This document shows, one piece after another, positions 55,075-64,000 of a stretch of DNA of 64,000 nt. Position numbers and translations under genes: made by a program. Source of the DNA: a bacterium (GTDB lineage: Bacteria; Auribacterota; UBA3054); contig JAGCDY010000063.1 of NCBI GenBank assembly GCA_017650925.1, positions 1,729 to 65,728 on the forward strand, written 5' to 3'. Every line of letters begins with the position of its first letter. Within the stretch, counting starts at the first letter, position 1. Under the pieces are notes generated by a model. That model ran no database searches. It was not told the origin of the DNA and saw nothing but the letters and a program-made list of their open reading frames with translations.

Positions 55075-56150
55075 AAAAATCTTGTTTGCTACTTGGTCTT
55101 GCGCTTTTCCTTTGCGCCTGCCAAAAGAAGGAATCTTCCCTGGCCGCCTGGCAGAACCTGCCAACCGCCTGCGAACTGAAGGGCGCTCCGGGCGAAAACG
55201 TCCTGGAACTTCCGGGGACCAACCGCGTCCTGCTTATGGGGAAAAAGCTCGCGCTCCCAAAGTACGCCGCTTTCTACACCGAGCCGGGGCAGGATCCGAA
55301 AAGCATAGTTCCAATGATCATCGCGATAGGCGAGAGACAGTATTTTTCCGGGGAGATATACGCGGACACCAACAAAGTCGGTTTTTTCAAAAGCCCCTCC
55401 GTTTTCGAGGGCACTTTCATCTCCAAGCACGGCTATTACAGCCGCACGTCTTTTAGGCCGCTGAAAGTTCCCGGCGAATCCGTCCACCTGACTTTCTGGG
55501 CGAACCAGAGCGCCATCAGGGAGGCCAATCTGAGGCGCTGGAACGACATTTTAAGCTATCATGACGACGCGTATCGGGAACGCATGGCCAAGGCCTTCAG
55601 GACGACCAACACGCAGACCGACGAAGTTTGGGACGATGACAAGGACCTCACCGTGCGGATCCGCTACGAAAAGGACGACTACACCTACATGTTCTACAAT
55701 TCCGGCAACACGAAAAACGCTCCCGGGGAAGTCGAGCCTGTCGACGTTTTCAAAAAGCTCACGGCCGAGATAGAGACGCGCGAGAACCCGACCAACAAGG
55801 ATCTTCACGACGTGATGCTTTATTTTTCCTACGGAGGCGGGGACCGCTACTACATGTACAAGAGGGATTACGATCTGGAAGCCTGCTACTGGCGGCAGGC
55901 CGAGCACGTGACGCTGCAGAACGACCCCGCCAAGGTGAGGGTCAGAATGATTCTGACCTGCAAGGGCGGGCTCTTGGATACGCAGGATCTCACTCTGGGC
56001 GATTTCGTCAAGGGCTATTTCCCGTACGCCACTTTCACAAACTGGGTGACCGGCGTGTCCGTGAAGGCGCCGCCCGTGGGAAGCGTCCTGAAAATTACCG
56101 TGGACGGCGGCCCGCTCTACGGTCTCATCGATGCCGAGAAAGAATTCTGA
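55071..56150 (+). CDS. Hypothetical lipoprotein
   Basis: The ATG at 55071 overlaps the upstream stop. MKKSCLLLGLALFLCAC lipobox. Confidence 0.5.
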   Translation: MKKSCLLLGLALFLCACQKKESSLAAWQNLPTACELKGAPGENVLELPGTNRVLLMGKKLALPKYAAFYTEPGQDPKSIVPMIIAIGERQYFSGEIYADTNKVGFFKSPSVFEGTFISKHGYYSRTSFRPLKVPGESVHLTFWANQSAIREANLRRWNDILSYHDDAYRERMAKAFRTTNTQTDEVWDDDKDLTVRIRYEKDDYTYMFYNSGNTKNAPGEVEPVDVFKKLTAEIETRENPTNKDLHDVMLYFSYGGGDRYYMYKRDYDLEACYWRQAEHVTLQNDPAKVRVRMILTCKGGLLDTQDLTLGDFVKGYFPYATFTNWVTGVSVKAPPVGSVLKITVDGGPLYGLIDAEKEF

Positions 56151-56167
56151 ACGGGAAGGTCAGATAG

Positions 56168-57478
56168 TTAGAAACCGGATTCTACACGCAGCATCACGGT
56201 GCGGGACTGGATGCAGTCGAGCTTGTTCAGGGCCTGCACGGCGTCGCGCATTTTCTTTTCCGTCGTTTCCCTCGTCATGAAAGTTACGATGGAATAGGGC
56301 TGGGCTTTCGCGAATTCATGAAGGATGACGGAGCTGATGCCGATCTCCCTTTCCGTCAGTTCCTGCGAGAGCGCCGAGATGACGCCGGGCTTGTCGTCGG
56401 TCTTCCAGCGCAGATAATAGCGCATCTCCATTTCGTCGGTGGGCACCTTCTCGCATTTTTCCCCTTCCAGGGCGAAGACCGGAAGACGGCCCTCGCAGCC
56501 GTAGTAGATGTTTCTCGCGATGTCGATGATGTCGGCTGTCACGGCGCTGGATGTGGCGTTCATGCCGGCGCCCTCGCCGTAATACACGGTGCGGCCGATG
56601 GGGGAGCCGTTGATCTCAACGGCGTTGTAGGCGTCCGATACGCCGGCCAGAAGGCTTTTTTTGGAAATGAGCGTCGGGGCCACCATGCATTCCAGCTTGC
56701 CGTCGCGCTTTTTGGCCTGGGCGATCAATTTTATGACGTAGCCCAATTCCTCGGCGCAGCGGATGTCGGTCTGATCGAGATCCATGATGCCTTCGGTGTA
56801 TATGTCCTCGGGCTTGATCCACTGGCCGAAACAGTTCGCGATCAAAAGGACCAGCTTGTGGAGGGAATCTTTGCCGATCAGGTCAAAAGTCGGGTCGGCT
56901 TCCGCGTATCCGTTCATCTGGGCGGCTTTCACCGCGTCCTCGAAGAGCATGTTGTATTTGCACATGCCGGTGAGGATATAGTTGCAGGTGCCGTTGACGA
57001 TGCCCCTGAAATTGTTTATGGAGTCGGCGGTCAGGCCTTCCCTTATCGCCTTTATGACGGGAATGCCGCCGCAGACCGCGGCTTCGTAGTAAAGGTCGAC
57101 GCCGTTGGCTTTGGCAAGAGCGGCCATTTCCCGACCGTATTCGGCCAGAAGGGCTTTGTTGGCGGTCACGACATGCTTCTTCTTTTCCAGGGCCTTGGTT
57201 ATGACCTTCAGCGCGAAATCGCATCCGCCGATCAGTTCGACAACGATGTCGATCTCGGGATCGTCGAGGATCTCGTCGGCATTCGTGGTGAAGAGGTCAA
57301 GCGGGATCTTGTAAGGGCGTTCCTTGTGAGGATAGAGATCCGCGATCCTCTTCAATCTCAGCTCGCAGGGGAGATGGCGTTTCTGCGCTATCCCGTTCAC
57401 GAGGTTGTTGGCGACGCCGGTGCCGACGACGCCGCAGCCGATGAGGCCGACGTTTATGCATTTCTTAGTCATGATCAC
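56168..57478 (-). CDS. hom: Homoserine dehydrogenase with C-terminal ACT domain
   Basis: NVGLIGCGVVGTGV Rossmann motif, the homoserine-DH catalytic domain and a C-terminal ACT domain. Confidence 0.85.
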   Translation of the reverse strand: MIMTKKCINVGLIGCGVVGTGVANNLVNGIAQKRHLPCELRLKRIADLYPHKERPYKIPLDLFTTNADEILDDPEIDIVVELIGGCDFALKVITKALEKKKHVVTANKALLAEYGREMAALAKANGVDLYYEAAVCGGIPVIKAIREGLTADSINNFRGIVNGTCNYILTGMCKYNMLFEDAVKAAQMNGYAEADPTFDLIGKDSLHKLVLLIANCFGQWIKPEDIYTEGIMDLDQTDIRCAEELGYVIKLIAQAKKRDGKLECMVAPTLISKKSLLAGVSDAYNAVEINGSPIGRTVYYGEGAGMNATSSAVTADIIDIARNIYYGCEGRLPVFALEGEKCEKVPTDEMEMRYYLRWKTDDKPGVISALSQELTEREIGISSVILHEFAKAQPYSIVTFMTRETTEKKMRDAVQALNKLDCIQSRTVMLRVESGF

Positions 57479-57487
57479 TCGTTTTTT

Positions 57488-59674
57488 CTAGTTTATGAAG
57501 AGAAGCTCGCGGTATTTGGGCAGCGGCCAGAGGTCGTTGTCGACCAGCTCCTCGAGCCTGTCTATGGGCTTCCTGACAACTTCTATCATGGCGGCCACGC
57601 CGTGATAGGCGAGAGCCTTCTCGTAGATGTCCTCGATGACGTTGGCCTTCTTGCGGGCCTCTATGAGGGCGTCGACGCCGGAGCGCACTTCCTTTATGAG
57701 ATCTGACACTTCCTTTGCCAATTCTATTTCAGCCGAGGAAGCCGAGAGGTATTCCTCGGGGAAGATGTCCTTCGTCAGCTTCACGCTTTCAAGGAGCCTC
57801 GTCTTGTATTCAAGGGCGGCCGGTATGACGTGGTTCATGGCCACGCGGCCTATCACGCGCGCCTCGATCTGCACCTTCTTGACGTAGGTCTCCCATTTGA
57901 CCTCGTTGCGGGCGATGAGCTCTTTTACGGTGTAGACGCCCGTCCGGCGGAACATCTCGACGGATTCGTGCCCCGTGAAAGCCGTGAACATTTTGGGAAC
58001 GCAGCTTTCGGTGTCCAGCCCGCGCTTTTCCGCTTCCCTTTTCCATTCGTCGGTGTAGCCGTTGCCGTCGAAGCAGATGGTGTCGAGCGTTTCCCTTATC
58101 ATAGGTTTCAGAAGATCCATGATGGCGATCTGGAGCTCTTTCCCGGAGGAGAGCTCTTTGCTGAGATCAGCGTAGAAACTCATGAGCTGGTCGGCGACCG
58201 CGGCGTTCAGGGTCGTGAGCGCGCCGGCGCAGTTCGCAGAGGAGCCGACCGCCCTGAATTCGAACCTGTTGCCTGTGAAGGCAAAGGGGCTCGTCCTGTT
58301 GCGGTCAGTGTTGTCTATCAGGATCTCCGGGATCTCGACCAGGCCGAGCTTTTTGCCCTTTTTACCGGCGATCTCTATGGGCGTGCTTGAGGGCACTTCC
58401 AGGATCTTGCGCAGAACGTTGGTCATGGCCTGCCCCAGGAATACCGAAATGATGGCCGGAGGAGCCTCGCTGGCCCCCAGACGGTGCGCGTTGGTAGCGG
58501 AAGCTATGCTCGCCTTCAAAAGGCCGTTGTAGCGCTTCACAGCCGTCAGCGTGTTGACGAGGAAGGTCAAGAACTGCAGGTTGCCCTTGGCGTCCTTGCC
58601 GGGCGCGAAAAGGGGAGTTCCGGTGTCGGTCCCCAGCGACCAGTTGTTGTGCTTGCCGCTTCCGTTGATGCCGGCGAAGGGCTTCTCATGAAGCAGAACG
58701 ACGAAGCCGTGCTTTCTGGCCACGGAGCTCATGAGGTTCATGATCTGCTGGTTTTGGTCGTTGGAGAGGTTCATCTCTCCGTAGATGGGCGCGATCTCAT
58801 ACTGGTTCGGCGCCACCTCGTTGTGCCTGGTCTTCAAGGGAATGCCGAGCTTGTAGGCCGCGATCTCCAGTTCGCGCATGAAGTTGACGACCCTTTTGGG
58901 AATGGCTCCCAGATAGTGGTCGTCGAGCTGCTGATTCTTGCTGGATTCGTGCCCCATGAGCGTGCGGCCGCAAAGCGTCAGGTCGGTCCTGGCGGCGTAG
59001 AGCTCCTCGTCGACCAGGAAGAATTCCTGCTCCCAGCCGAGGAAGGCTTTGACTTTTCTGACGTTCTTGTCGAAAAGCTCGCAGATGGGCAGGGCCGCTT
59101 CGGTCAGCGCCTTCAGGGATTTTTTCAAGGGAGTCTTGTAGTCCAGAGCTTCGCCGGTGTAGGCTAAAAAGACCGTGGGGATGCAGAGCGTGTCGCCCTG
59201 TATGAAAACGGGGGAGGTCGGATCCCAGGCCGTGTAGCCTCTGGCTTCGAAAGTGGCTCTTATGCCGCCGTTGGGGAAGCTGGAGGCGTCCGGCTCCTGC
59301 TGGGTCAGGACCTTGCCGTCGAAAACTTCGATCATGCCGCCCTTGCCGTCATACTCCAAAAAGGAGTCGTGCTTTTCGGCGGTAGAATCGGTCAGCGGTT
59401 GGAACCAGTGCGTTATGTGCGTCGCGCCGTTCTTCAGCGCCCATTCCTTCATGCCGGCCGCCACTTCGTCGGCGATGGCGGGGCTAAGCGGTTTTCCGTT
59501 GTCTATGCAGTCTATTAGGGCTTCGTACGTTTTGGAGTCCAGATACTCCTTCATTTTTGCGCGCGTGAAGGTAAGCTCCCCGAAGTATTCGGAGGGAAGC
59601 TTGGCGGGCGTTTCCACGGGTATGGGCTTTTTGTTGAAGGAGGCTCTGACAGCTTTGAATCTGAGATTGCTCAT
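57488..59674 (-). CDS. glnA: Glutamine synthetase type III
   Basis: 728 aa, GSIII length. The N-terminal region MSNLRFKAVRASFNKKPIPVETPAKLPSEYFGELTF is characteristic of GSIII and not of GSI, and is followed by a GS catalytic domain. Confidence 0.85.
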   Translation of the reverse strand: MSNLRFKAVRASFNKKPIPVETPAKLPSEYFGELTFTRAKMKEYLDSKTYEALIDCIDNGKPLSPAIADEVAAGMKEWALKNGATHITHWFQPLTDSTAEKHDSFLEYDGKGGMIEVFDGKVLTQQEPDASSFPNGGIRATFEARGYTAWDPTSPVFIQGDTLCIPTVFLAYTGEALDYKTPLKKSLKALTEAALPICELFDKNVRKVKAFLGWEQEFFLVDEELYAARTDLTLCGRTLMGHESSKNQQLDDHYLGAIPKRVVNFMRELEIAAYKLGIPLKTRHNEVAPNQYEIAPIYGEMNLSNDQNQQIMNLMSSVARKHGFVVLLHEKPFAGINGSGKHNNWSLGTDTGTPLFAPGKDAKGNLQFLTFLVNTLTAVKRYNGLLKASIASATNAHRLGASEAPPAIISVFLGQAMTNVLRKILEVPSSTPIEIAGKKGKKLGLVEIPEILIDNTDRNRTSPFAFTGNRFEFRAVGSSANCAGALTTLNAAVADQLMSFYADLSKELSSGKELQIAIMDLLKPMIRETLDTICFDGNGYTDEWKREAEKRGLDTESCVPKMFTAFTGHESVEMFRRTGVYTVKELIARNEVKWETYVKKVQIEARVIGRVAMNHVIPAALEYKTRLLESVKLTKDIFPEEYLSASSAEIELAKEVSDLIKEVRSGVDALIEARKKANVIEDIYEKALAYHGVAAMIEVVRKPIDRLEELVDNDLWPLPKYRELLFIN

Positions 59675-59709
59675 TTATTTGCGGGTAATTGTTTGAAGTT
59701 GCTGAAAAA

Positions 59710-60261
59710 TCATTTGAACATCGTCTCTTCTTCCAGACGCTGTCGGGCCGATTTGTCGTAGAGGAACTCAACGAGCGAGAGGGCGAAAATGTAGGCCGCG
59801 CCGGGCCCTTTGCCGGTCACCATGTTGCGGTCGACGACGACCGGTTCGCTGGCCCGCCATTTCGTTTTCAGGTATCCTTCCTCGCATCCGGGATAGCAGG
59901 TGGCCTCGTAGCCGTCTAGGAGCCCTTTTTCAGCGAGGATGAAAGCCGGGGCCGCGCAGATGGCCGCGATCGCCCCGCCCTCGGCTCCGCGCTTGACTAA
60001 AATGGCGTCGAGCGCTTCGCAGTCCCTCAGGTTGTAGGCTCCGGGCAGGCCGCCCGGCAGCACGACTAGGTCGAAATTTTCGCCGGCATCGCCTATGGCG
60101 CAGTCGCTCGCGACCGTCAGCCCGCGGGAAAGCGTCACGAGCCCGCCTTCCGGGGAGGCGAGGACGACTTCCGCTCCGGCTCTTTTCAGAAGGTCGAAGA
60201 CCGTCAGGGCCTCGATCTCCTCACTGCCGTCGGCTATGGCTAAAAGCACTCTTTTCGTCAT
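59710..60261 (-). CDS. DJ-1/PfpI family protein
   Basis: The nucleophile elbow Cys lies in AICAAPAFIL. ThiJ/DJ-1 fold blocks are present. Confidence 0.75.
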   Translation of the reverse strand: MTKRVLLAIADGSEEIEALTVFDLLKRAGAEVVLASPEGGLVTLSRGLTVASDCAIGDAGENFDLVVLPGGLPGAYNLRDCEALDAILVKRGAEGGAIAAICAAPAFILAEKGLLDGYEATCYPGCEEGYLKTKWRASEPVVVDRNMVTGKGPGAAYIFALSLVEFLYDKSARQRLEEETMFK

Positions 60262-60262
60262 T

Positions 60263-61180
60263 TCATTTGGAAAGGTTGCGGAGCGCCTCGACGCGCTCCT
60301 CGATCTTCGCTAAAGTAAGGTCCATGAATCCGTCTATCGAGAAGCCCGTCACCAAGAAGGAGCCCATGGCCGTGCCGTAGCGGACAGCTTCGGCGACGTT
60401 TTCGTTGTTCAGCCTCCCGTTCCTCGCGATGAAGCCCAAAACTCCGCCCGCGAAGGAATCGCCGGCGCCCGTGGGGTCGACGACCTTTTCGGTCGGGAAG
60501 GCCGGGATCGCTTTCATGAAGCCGCCGCGCCCAAAGACCAAAGAGCCGTGCTCGCCCTTTTTGACGATCAGGTATTCGGGATAGAATTTTTCCATGACGA
60601 GCCTGCCGGCCCTGATCAGGTTCGCCTGGTCGGTGAACATTTTTATTTCGCCGTCGTTCATGACGATGACGTTCACGTTCTCGAAGACTCTCTCAAGTTC
60701 CGGCCTGGCGGAGTTGATGTAGAAGTTCATGGTGTCGCAGACCTTGTAGCAGTCCGGCCCCATCTCCTCTATGACCTTCATCTGCAAAGAGGGGAGAATG
60801 TTCGCCAGAAAAAGCGTCTTGGCCTTTTTGTAATTCTCCGGGATCTTGGGCTCGAAAGTCGCGAAGACGTTGAGCATCGTGCAGTGGGTGTCGGCGGCGT
60901 TCACGTCGTTCAGGTACGATCCCGACCAGCGGAAGGTCTTGGCGCCTTTCACTACCTCGAGGCCGTCCAGGTCGATGCCGTGGTTTTTCAGGAGCTCGAC
61001 GTGCGCCTTGGGAAAATCGTCGCCCACGACGCCGATCAAGCCGACCTTGGCCTGGAAAGAGGCGCTCATGGAGAAATAGACGGCCGAGCCGCCCAGGCAG
61101 TTCTCATGCGTGCCGTAGTGCGTCGTGACTGTGTCGAGGGCCATGGAGCCCACGGCCGTTATGTCAGGGATTTTGCTCAT
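60263..61180 (-). CDS. PfkB-family carbohydrate kinase
   Basis: The C-terminal motif DPTGAGDSFAGG, carrying the catalytic Asp, is present together with N-terminal ribokinase-like GG blocks. Confidence 0.75.
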   Translation of the reverse strand: MSKIPDITAVGSMALDTVTTHYGTHENCLGGSAVYFSMSASFQAKVGLIGVVGDDFPKAHVELLKNHGIDLDGLEVVKGAKTFRWSGSYLNDVNAADTHCTMLNVFATFEPKIPENYKKAKTLFLANILPSLQMKVIEEMGPDCYKVCDTMNFYINSARPELERVFENVNVIVMNDGEIKMFTDQANLIRAGRLVMEKFYPEYLIVKKGEHGSLVFGRGGFMKAIPAFPTEKVVDPTGAGDSFAGGVLGFIARNGRLNNENVAEAVRYGTAMGSFLVTGFSIDGFMDLTLAKIEERVEALRNLSK

Positions 61181-62433
61181 GGTTCAAGCGCGGGGGAGGT
61201 GCAGGCGCCGCCGGAAACCAGCGTCGTTTCTTTACCGGTCTCGCTGTCGACGATCATGATCGAGGAGGAGGCGCGGATGAAGACTATGTGTCTGGAGTCG
61301 GCTGCCCAGCAGGGGAATTCGTCGTTGGAGGAATTGTTGGTGACGTTCACCGTATTGCCGGAGCTCAGATCGCAGACGCAGACCTCGTAATTGGCGCCGA
61401 TCTGGGCGACGAAGGCGATCTTCTTGCCGTCGGGGGACCAGGCCGGGCTCGTGCAGTAGCGGGATACGTTGCGGCAGATCCTCTGACGGCCGCCGCCCGT
61501 GGCGTTCATGATGTAGATCTGGGGGCTCTTGCCTTCGTCGCAGGAGAAGACGATCTTCCTGCTGTCAGGCGACCAGGAGGGGGAGGACTCGTTGTCGCGG
61601 CCTCTTGTCAGGCGCTTGTGGCTGCCGCCCGAGAGCGCGTAGGTGTAGAGTTCCGGGAAACCGTCCTTGTCGAGGATGGCCGCCAGCTGCCTGCCGTCGG
61701 GGGAGACGCAGCCGGAAGTGTTCATGCCGGGCATGGCCAGGAGCTTCTGGTTCTTGCCGGTCGTCAGGTCAAGCTTGTAGATGACGGCGTGGCGGTCCCT
61801 GTAGCTCGTGTAGAGGATGTTCTTGTGATCGGGATACCAGTCGGGGAAGGTGTTCAGATCGTTGCCGCTCGTGAGCTGCTTCTTGTCGCCGCCCAAGATG
61901 TCGCACATCATGATGTTCTTGGCGCGTCCGTAGCCGGAAGCGTAGAGCAGCCTGGACTGGAAGAAGCCTTTCTCTTTCAGGATGCCTTCCACGATGTCGT
62001 TGGCGATGGCGTGGCCCACGCGGCGGGGCGAGACGGAGCCCATGTTGTAGGTCTTAGCCATGACGGTCTGGCCGTTCGAAGTATTGTAGAGCCTGAAGGT
62101 CAGGGTGCTGCCGGAGACTTCGCCCTTGCCGATCAGCGCGCAGCCCAGGTTGTACCAATTCTGGAAATGTATGCCGCCCTGGGAGTAGTCGGCGTTGGAG
62201 AGCGTCGTCGCCTGGTCGGCTGGGATGCGGGGGACCGTGAAACCGCCGTGGATGTTCAGGTCTCTCCTCACGACGTCGGCTATAGAGACCGCGCCGCCCC
62301 TGAAATCAGCGACATAGATAGGGATACCCTTGCGCTGCGCTGTTCCGCGCACAGTGCCGGGGGTGATGATCTCCTCGCCGAAGAGCGAGGAAGACGCGAC
62401 CAATAGCAAAAGGAGTAGAAGCGATTTTTTCAT
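61177..62433 (-). CDS. TolB-like periplasmic beta-propeller protein
   Basis: Signal peptide, a TolB-N-like domain, and multiple PD40 repeats (SPDGRQLA; SWSPDSRKIVF; AWSPDGKKIAF). Confidence 0.7.
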   Translation of the reverse strand: MKKSLLLLLLLVASSSLFGEEIITPGTVRGTAQRKGIPIYVADFRGGAVSIADVVRRDLNIHGGFTVPRIPADQATTLSNADYSQGGIHFQNWYNLGCALIGKGEVSGSTLTFRLYNTSNGQTVMAKTYNMGSVSPRRVGHAIANDIVEGILKEKGFFQSRLLYASGYGRAKNIMMCDILGGDKKQLTSGNDLNTFPDWYPDHKNILYTSYRDRHAVIYKLDLTTGKNQKLLAMPGMNTSGCVSPDGRQLAAILDKDGFPELYTYALSGGSHKRLTRGRDNESSPSWSPDSRKIVFSCDEGKSPQIYIMNATGGGRQRICRNVSRYCTSPAWSPDGKKIAFVAQIGANYEVCVCDLSSGNTVNVTNNSSNDEFPCWAADSRHIVFIRASSSIMIVDSETGKETTLVSGGACTSPALEP

Positions 62434-62578
62434 GGATTCATCCCTACTGTTTGATTTTATGATTATATCTTTTCATTTTACCCTAAAGAGCGTTTTCAGT
62501 CAACAAAAAAGGGGCGCCCCGCGGTCGGCCCCCCTTGCGTTTGAAAACCTAATGTGGTACCATCATAGGGAAATGCGT

Positions 62579-62655
62579 CGGAGCGTAGCGCAGCCTGGTA
62601 GCGCACTTGACTGGGGGTCAAGTGGTCGCTGGTTCAAATCCAGTCGCTCCGACCA
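62579..62655 (+). tRNA. tRNA-Pro (anticodon GGG), CCA encoded
   Basis: CGGAGCGTAGCGCAGCCTGGTAGCGCACTTGACTGGGGGTCAAGTGGTCGCTGGTTCAAATCCAGTCGCTCCGACCA, with the C1-G72 pair typical of tRNA-Pro. A T-run follows. Confidence 0.85.
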
Positions 62656-62680
62656 TTTTTTTTAGGATAAAGCTTATTCT

Positions 62681-64000
62681 ATGCAGTTCAACCGCGTTCT
62701 GAGAAATACTTTTTCTCTCTTTTCAGGAAAAGCCGCCTCCCACGCTCTGACGGCCGTTTTCAACATCTACCTGACGCGGGCTTTGGGGAAGGAATTCTAT
62801 GGCGACTTCACCGGCGCTCTCTCTTGGATCGTGATGTTCTCCATCGTGGCCGAATACGGTCTCGGCACGCTGATGACGAGGATGATCGCCAGGGAGCCCG
62901 AAAGAAGCGACGAACTTTTCTGGAATTCCGTCATCCTTAAGACGTTCTGCTCGATCCTGGCGGTCGCTCTGGCCATAGGCGCCCTTGTGCTCAGGGACCT
63001 CTGCGGCTTCGGCGCCGGCGGGGAAGACCTTACTCTCATCGCGCTCTTCTGCCTCTTCCTCTTCGCCAACGCCTGGTATATGTCGATGGCGGCGGTCTTG
63101 AGGGGACACCAGGACAATCATTTGGAAGCCCTGCTCTTCCTGATCGGCAAGATAGTTTACGTAGTCTTAGGCTTCGGCACGCTCGTTTTCCTAAAGTGCG
63201 GTCTCGACCTTAAGACGCGCCTGATGGCGGTCTACTTTGCCCTGGGCGCCTTCGTTCCGCTAGTCTTAGGCGTCATTGAATTGAGAAGACGCTATCATCT
63301 CGGGCTTCCCAAGCCGAGCCTCAAAGTCTGCCTCGAGATGCTCAGCCAGGGATGGCAGTTCTTCACCATCATGTTCACCTCCACTCTGCACCTGAAGTTC
63401 GACCACGTCCTTTTGTGGTGGTTCGGCTACAAGGCGCAGCTGGGCGTTTACGGCGCGGCCTACAATCTCGTCCTTATCCCTTTGTTCCTTACCAACTCCT
63501 TTACCGAGTCGATGTATCCCGCCCTGGCGGCTGACAGGGAAGAAGGGGAGGAAAAATTCTGGCAGCGCGTCATGATAAGCTTAAGGTGGATCGGCTGTCT
63601 CGGTTTCCCATTCCTTTTCTGGGCCACATTGGAAGCGCCCCGCATACTTGAATTCGTTTACGGAAAGGAGTTTGTGGAGGGCGCACTGGCTTTGCAGATA
63701 CTTATATGGGGACAGGGGCTAGACCTTTTCTGCCCCTTCTTCGGCCACGTGCTCTACGTGAAAGAGAAGGAGAGGAGAGTCTTCTTCATCAACATGGCGA
63801 GCCTTATAGGCAACATCATTTCCAACGTTGTCCTGCTTTACTTCCTCTGCCTCAGAAGGGGCAACGACGCAACCTTGGCGCCCATCGCCTCGGCGCTTTC
63901 CATGGTCGTTTCTCTCTCCATCATGTTCATTGGCTACGTCATCAGCTTCGGCGCCTTCCACCAAGCCAAGGCCAGCCTCCTGGCGCTCGCCAGACCGGCG
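62681..64000 (+). CDS. Polysaccharide biosynthesis / flippase-family membrane protein (MOP superfamily), 3'-truncated by the window end
   Basis: ATG at 62681. The frame runs open through 440 codons to the window edge with about 12 hydrophobic helices. It is not in the ORF track because no stop falls inside the window. Confidence 0.5.
   Translation, partial: MQFNRVLRNTFSLFSGKAASHALTAVFNIYLTRALGKEFYGDFTGALSWIVMFSIVAEYGLGTLMTRMIAREPERSDELFWNSVILKTFCSILAVALAIGALVLRDLCGFGAGGEDLTLIALFCLFLFANAWYMSMAAVLRGHQDNHLEALLFLIGKIVYVVLGFGTLVFLKCGLDLKTRLMAVYFALGAFVPLVLGVIELRRRYHLGLPKPSLKVCLEMLSQGWQFFTIMFTSTLHLKFDHVLLWWFGYKAQLGVYGAAYNLVLIPLFLTNSFTESMYPALAADREEGEEKFWQRVMISLRWIGCLGFPFLFWATLEAPRILEFVYGKEFVEGALALQILIWGQGLDLFCPFFGHVLYVKEKERRVFFINMASLIGNIISNVVLLYFLCLRRGNDATLAPIASALSMVVSLSIMFIGYVISFGAFHQAKASLLALARPA

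Noticed and set aside
1-64000. CRISPR arrays, rRNA genes, transposases, toxin-antitoxin pairs and restriction-modification genes.
   Set aside because: A scan of the intergenic regions and all ORF translations found no regularly spaced direct repeats, no rRNA-like segments and no nuclease/methylase/ATPase signatures beyond those assigned above.

Overview
This 64 kb, high-GC (~58-60%) window from a Gram-negative-type (diderm) bacterium of uncertain lineage is densely packed with core-metabolism and cell-envelope genes. There is no integrase, transposase, CRISPR array or rRNA. I can support about 60 CDS, four tRNAs, several rho-independent terminators, two near-consensus sigma70-type promoters and one long orphan noncoding transcript candidate. 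Many genes overlap by 1-4 nt (ATGA-type junctions), consistent with tight operons.

CDS with recognisable products:
- Envelope and polysaccharide: GT2 glycosyltransferase, HAD hydrolase, DacA-type D-Ala-D-Ala carboxypeptidase, Wzx-like flippase.
- Operon recJ - lipoprotein - nifU - nifS.
- Operon serC - isomerase - membrane::truA - psd.
- nfo, ppdK, RodA/FtsW, ribE, accD.
- Operon ybbR-like - exosortase/EpsI - pyrF - panE.
- A large DUF2723/TPR membrane protein, nadC, birA, a GNAT acetyltransferase, a YbgC-like thioesterase, a WbpP-like epimerase.
- Sel1 protein, purF-like, Rne/Rng ribonuclease, FmdB zinc ribbon, hisF.
- A double NUDIX protein, a gldA/F/G-like ABC cluster followed by a DUF4340 protein and exported proteins, hom, GS-III, DJ-1, PfkB kinase, TolB-like.

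tRNAs are Leu(TAA), Cys(GCA), Ser(CGA) and Pro(GGG).

The most unusual items are:
(a) a ~270-nt noncoding unit bounded by a consensus promoter and a terminator that I cannot assign to a known RNA family;
(b) two sets of tandem paralogous secreted proteins, one pair carrying a GLUG-motif-like module with near-identical ends and a divergent core;
(c) a single reading frame joining an eight-helix membrane domain to TruA;
(d) a PurF homologue whose nucleophile Cys1 is replaced by Gly;
(e) an exosortase-EpsI fusion with no PEP-CTERM substrate in the window;
(f) a gldAFG-like ABC plus DUF4340 operon followed by uncharacterised exported proteins.

All calls come from reading the translations and the DNA directly. 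No database searches were run.
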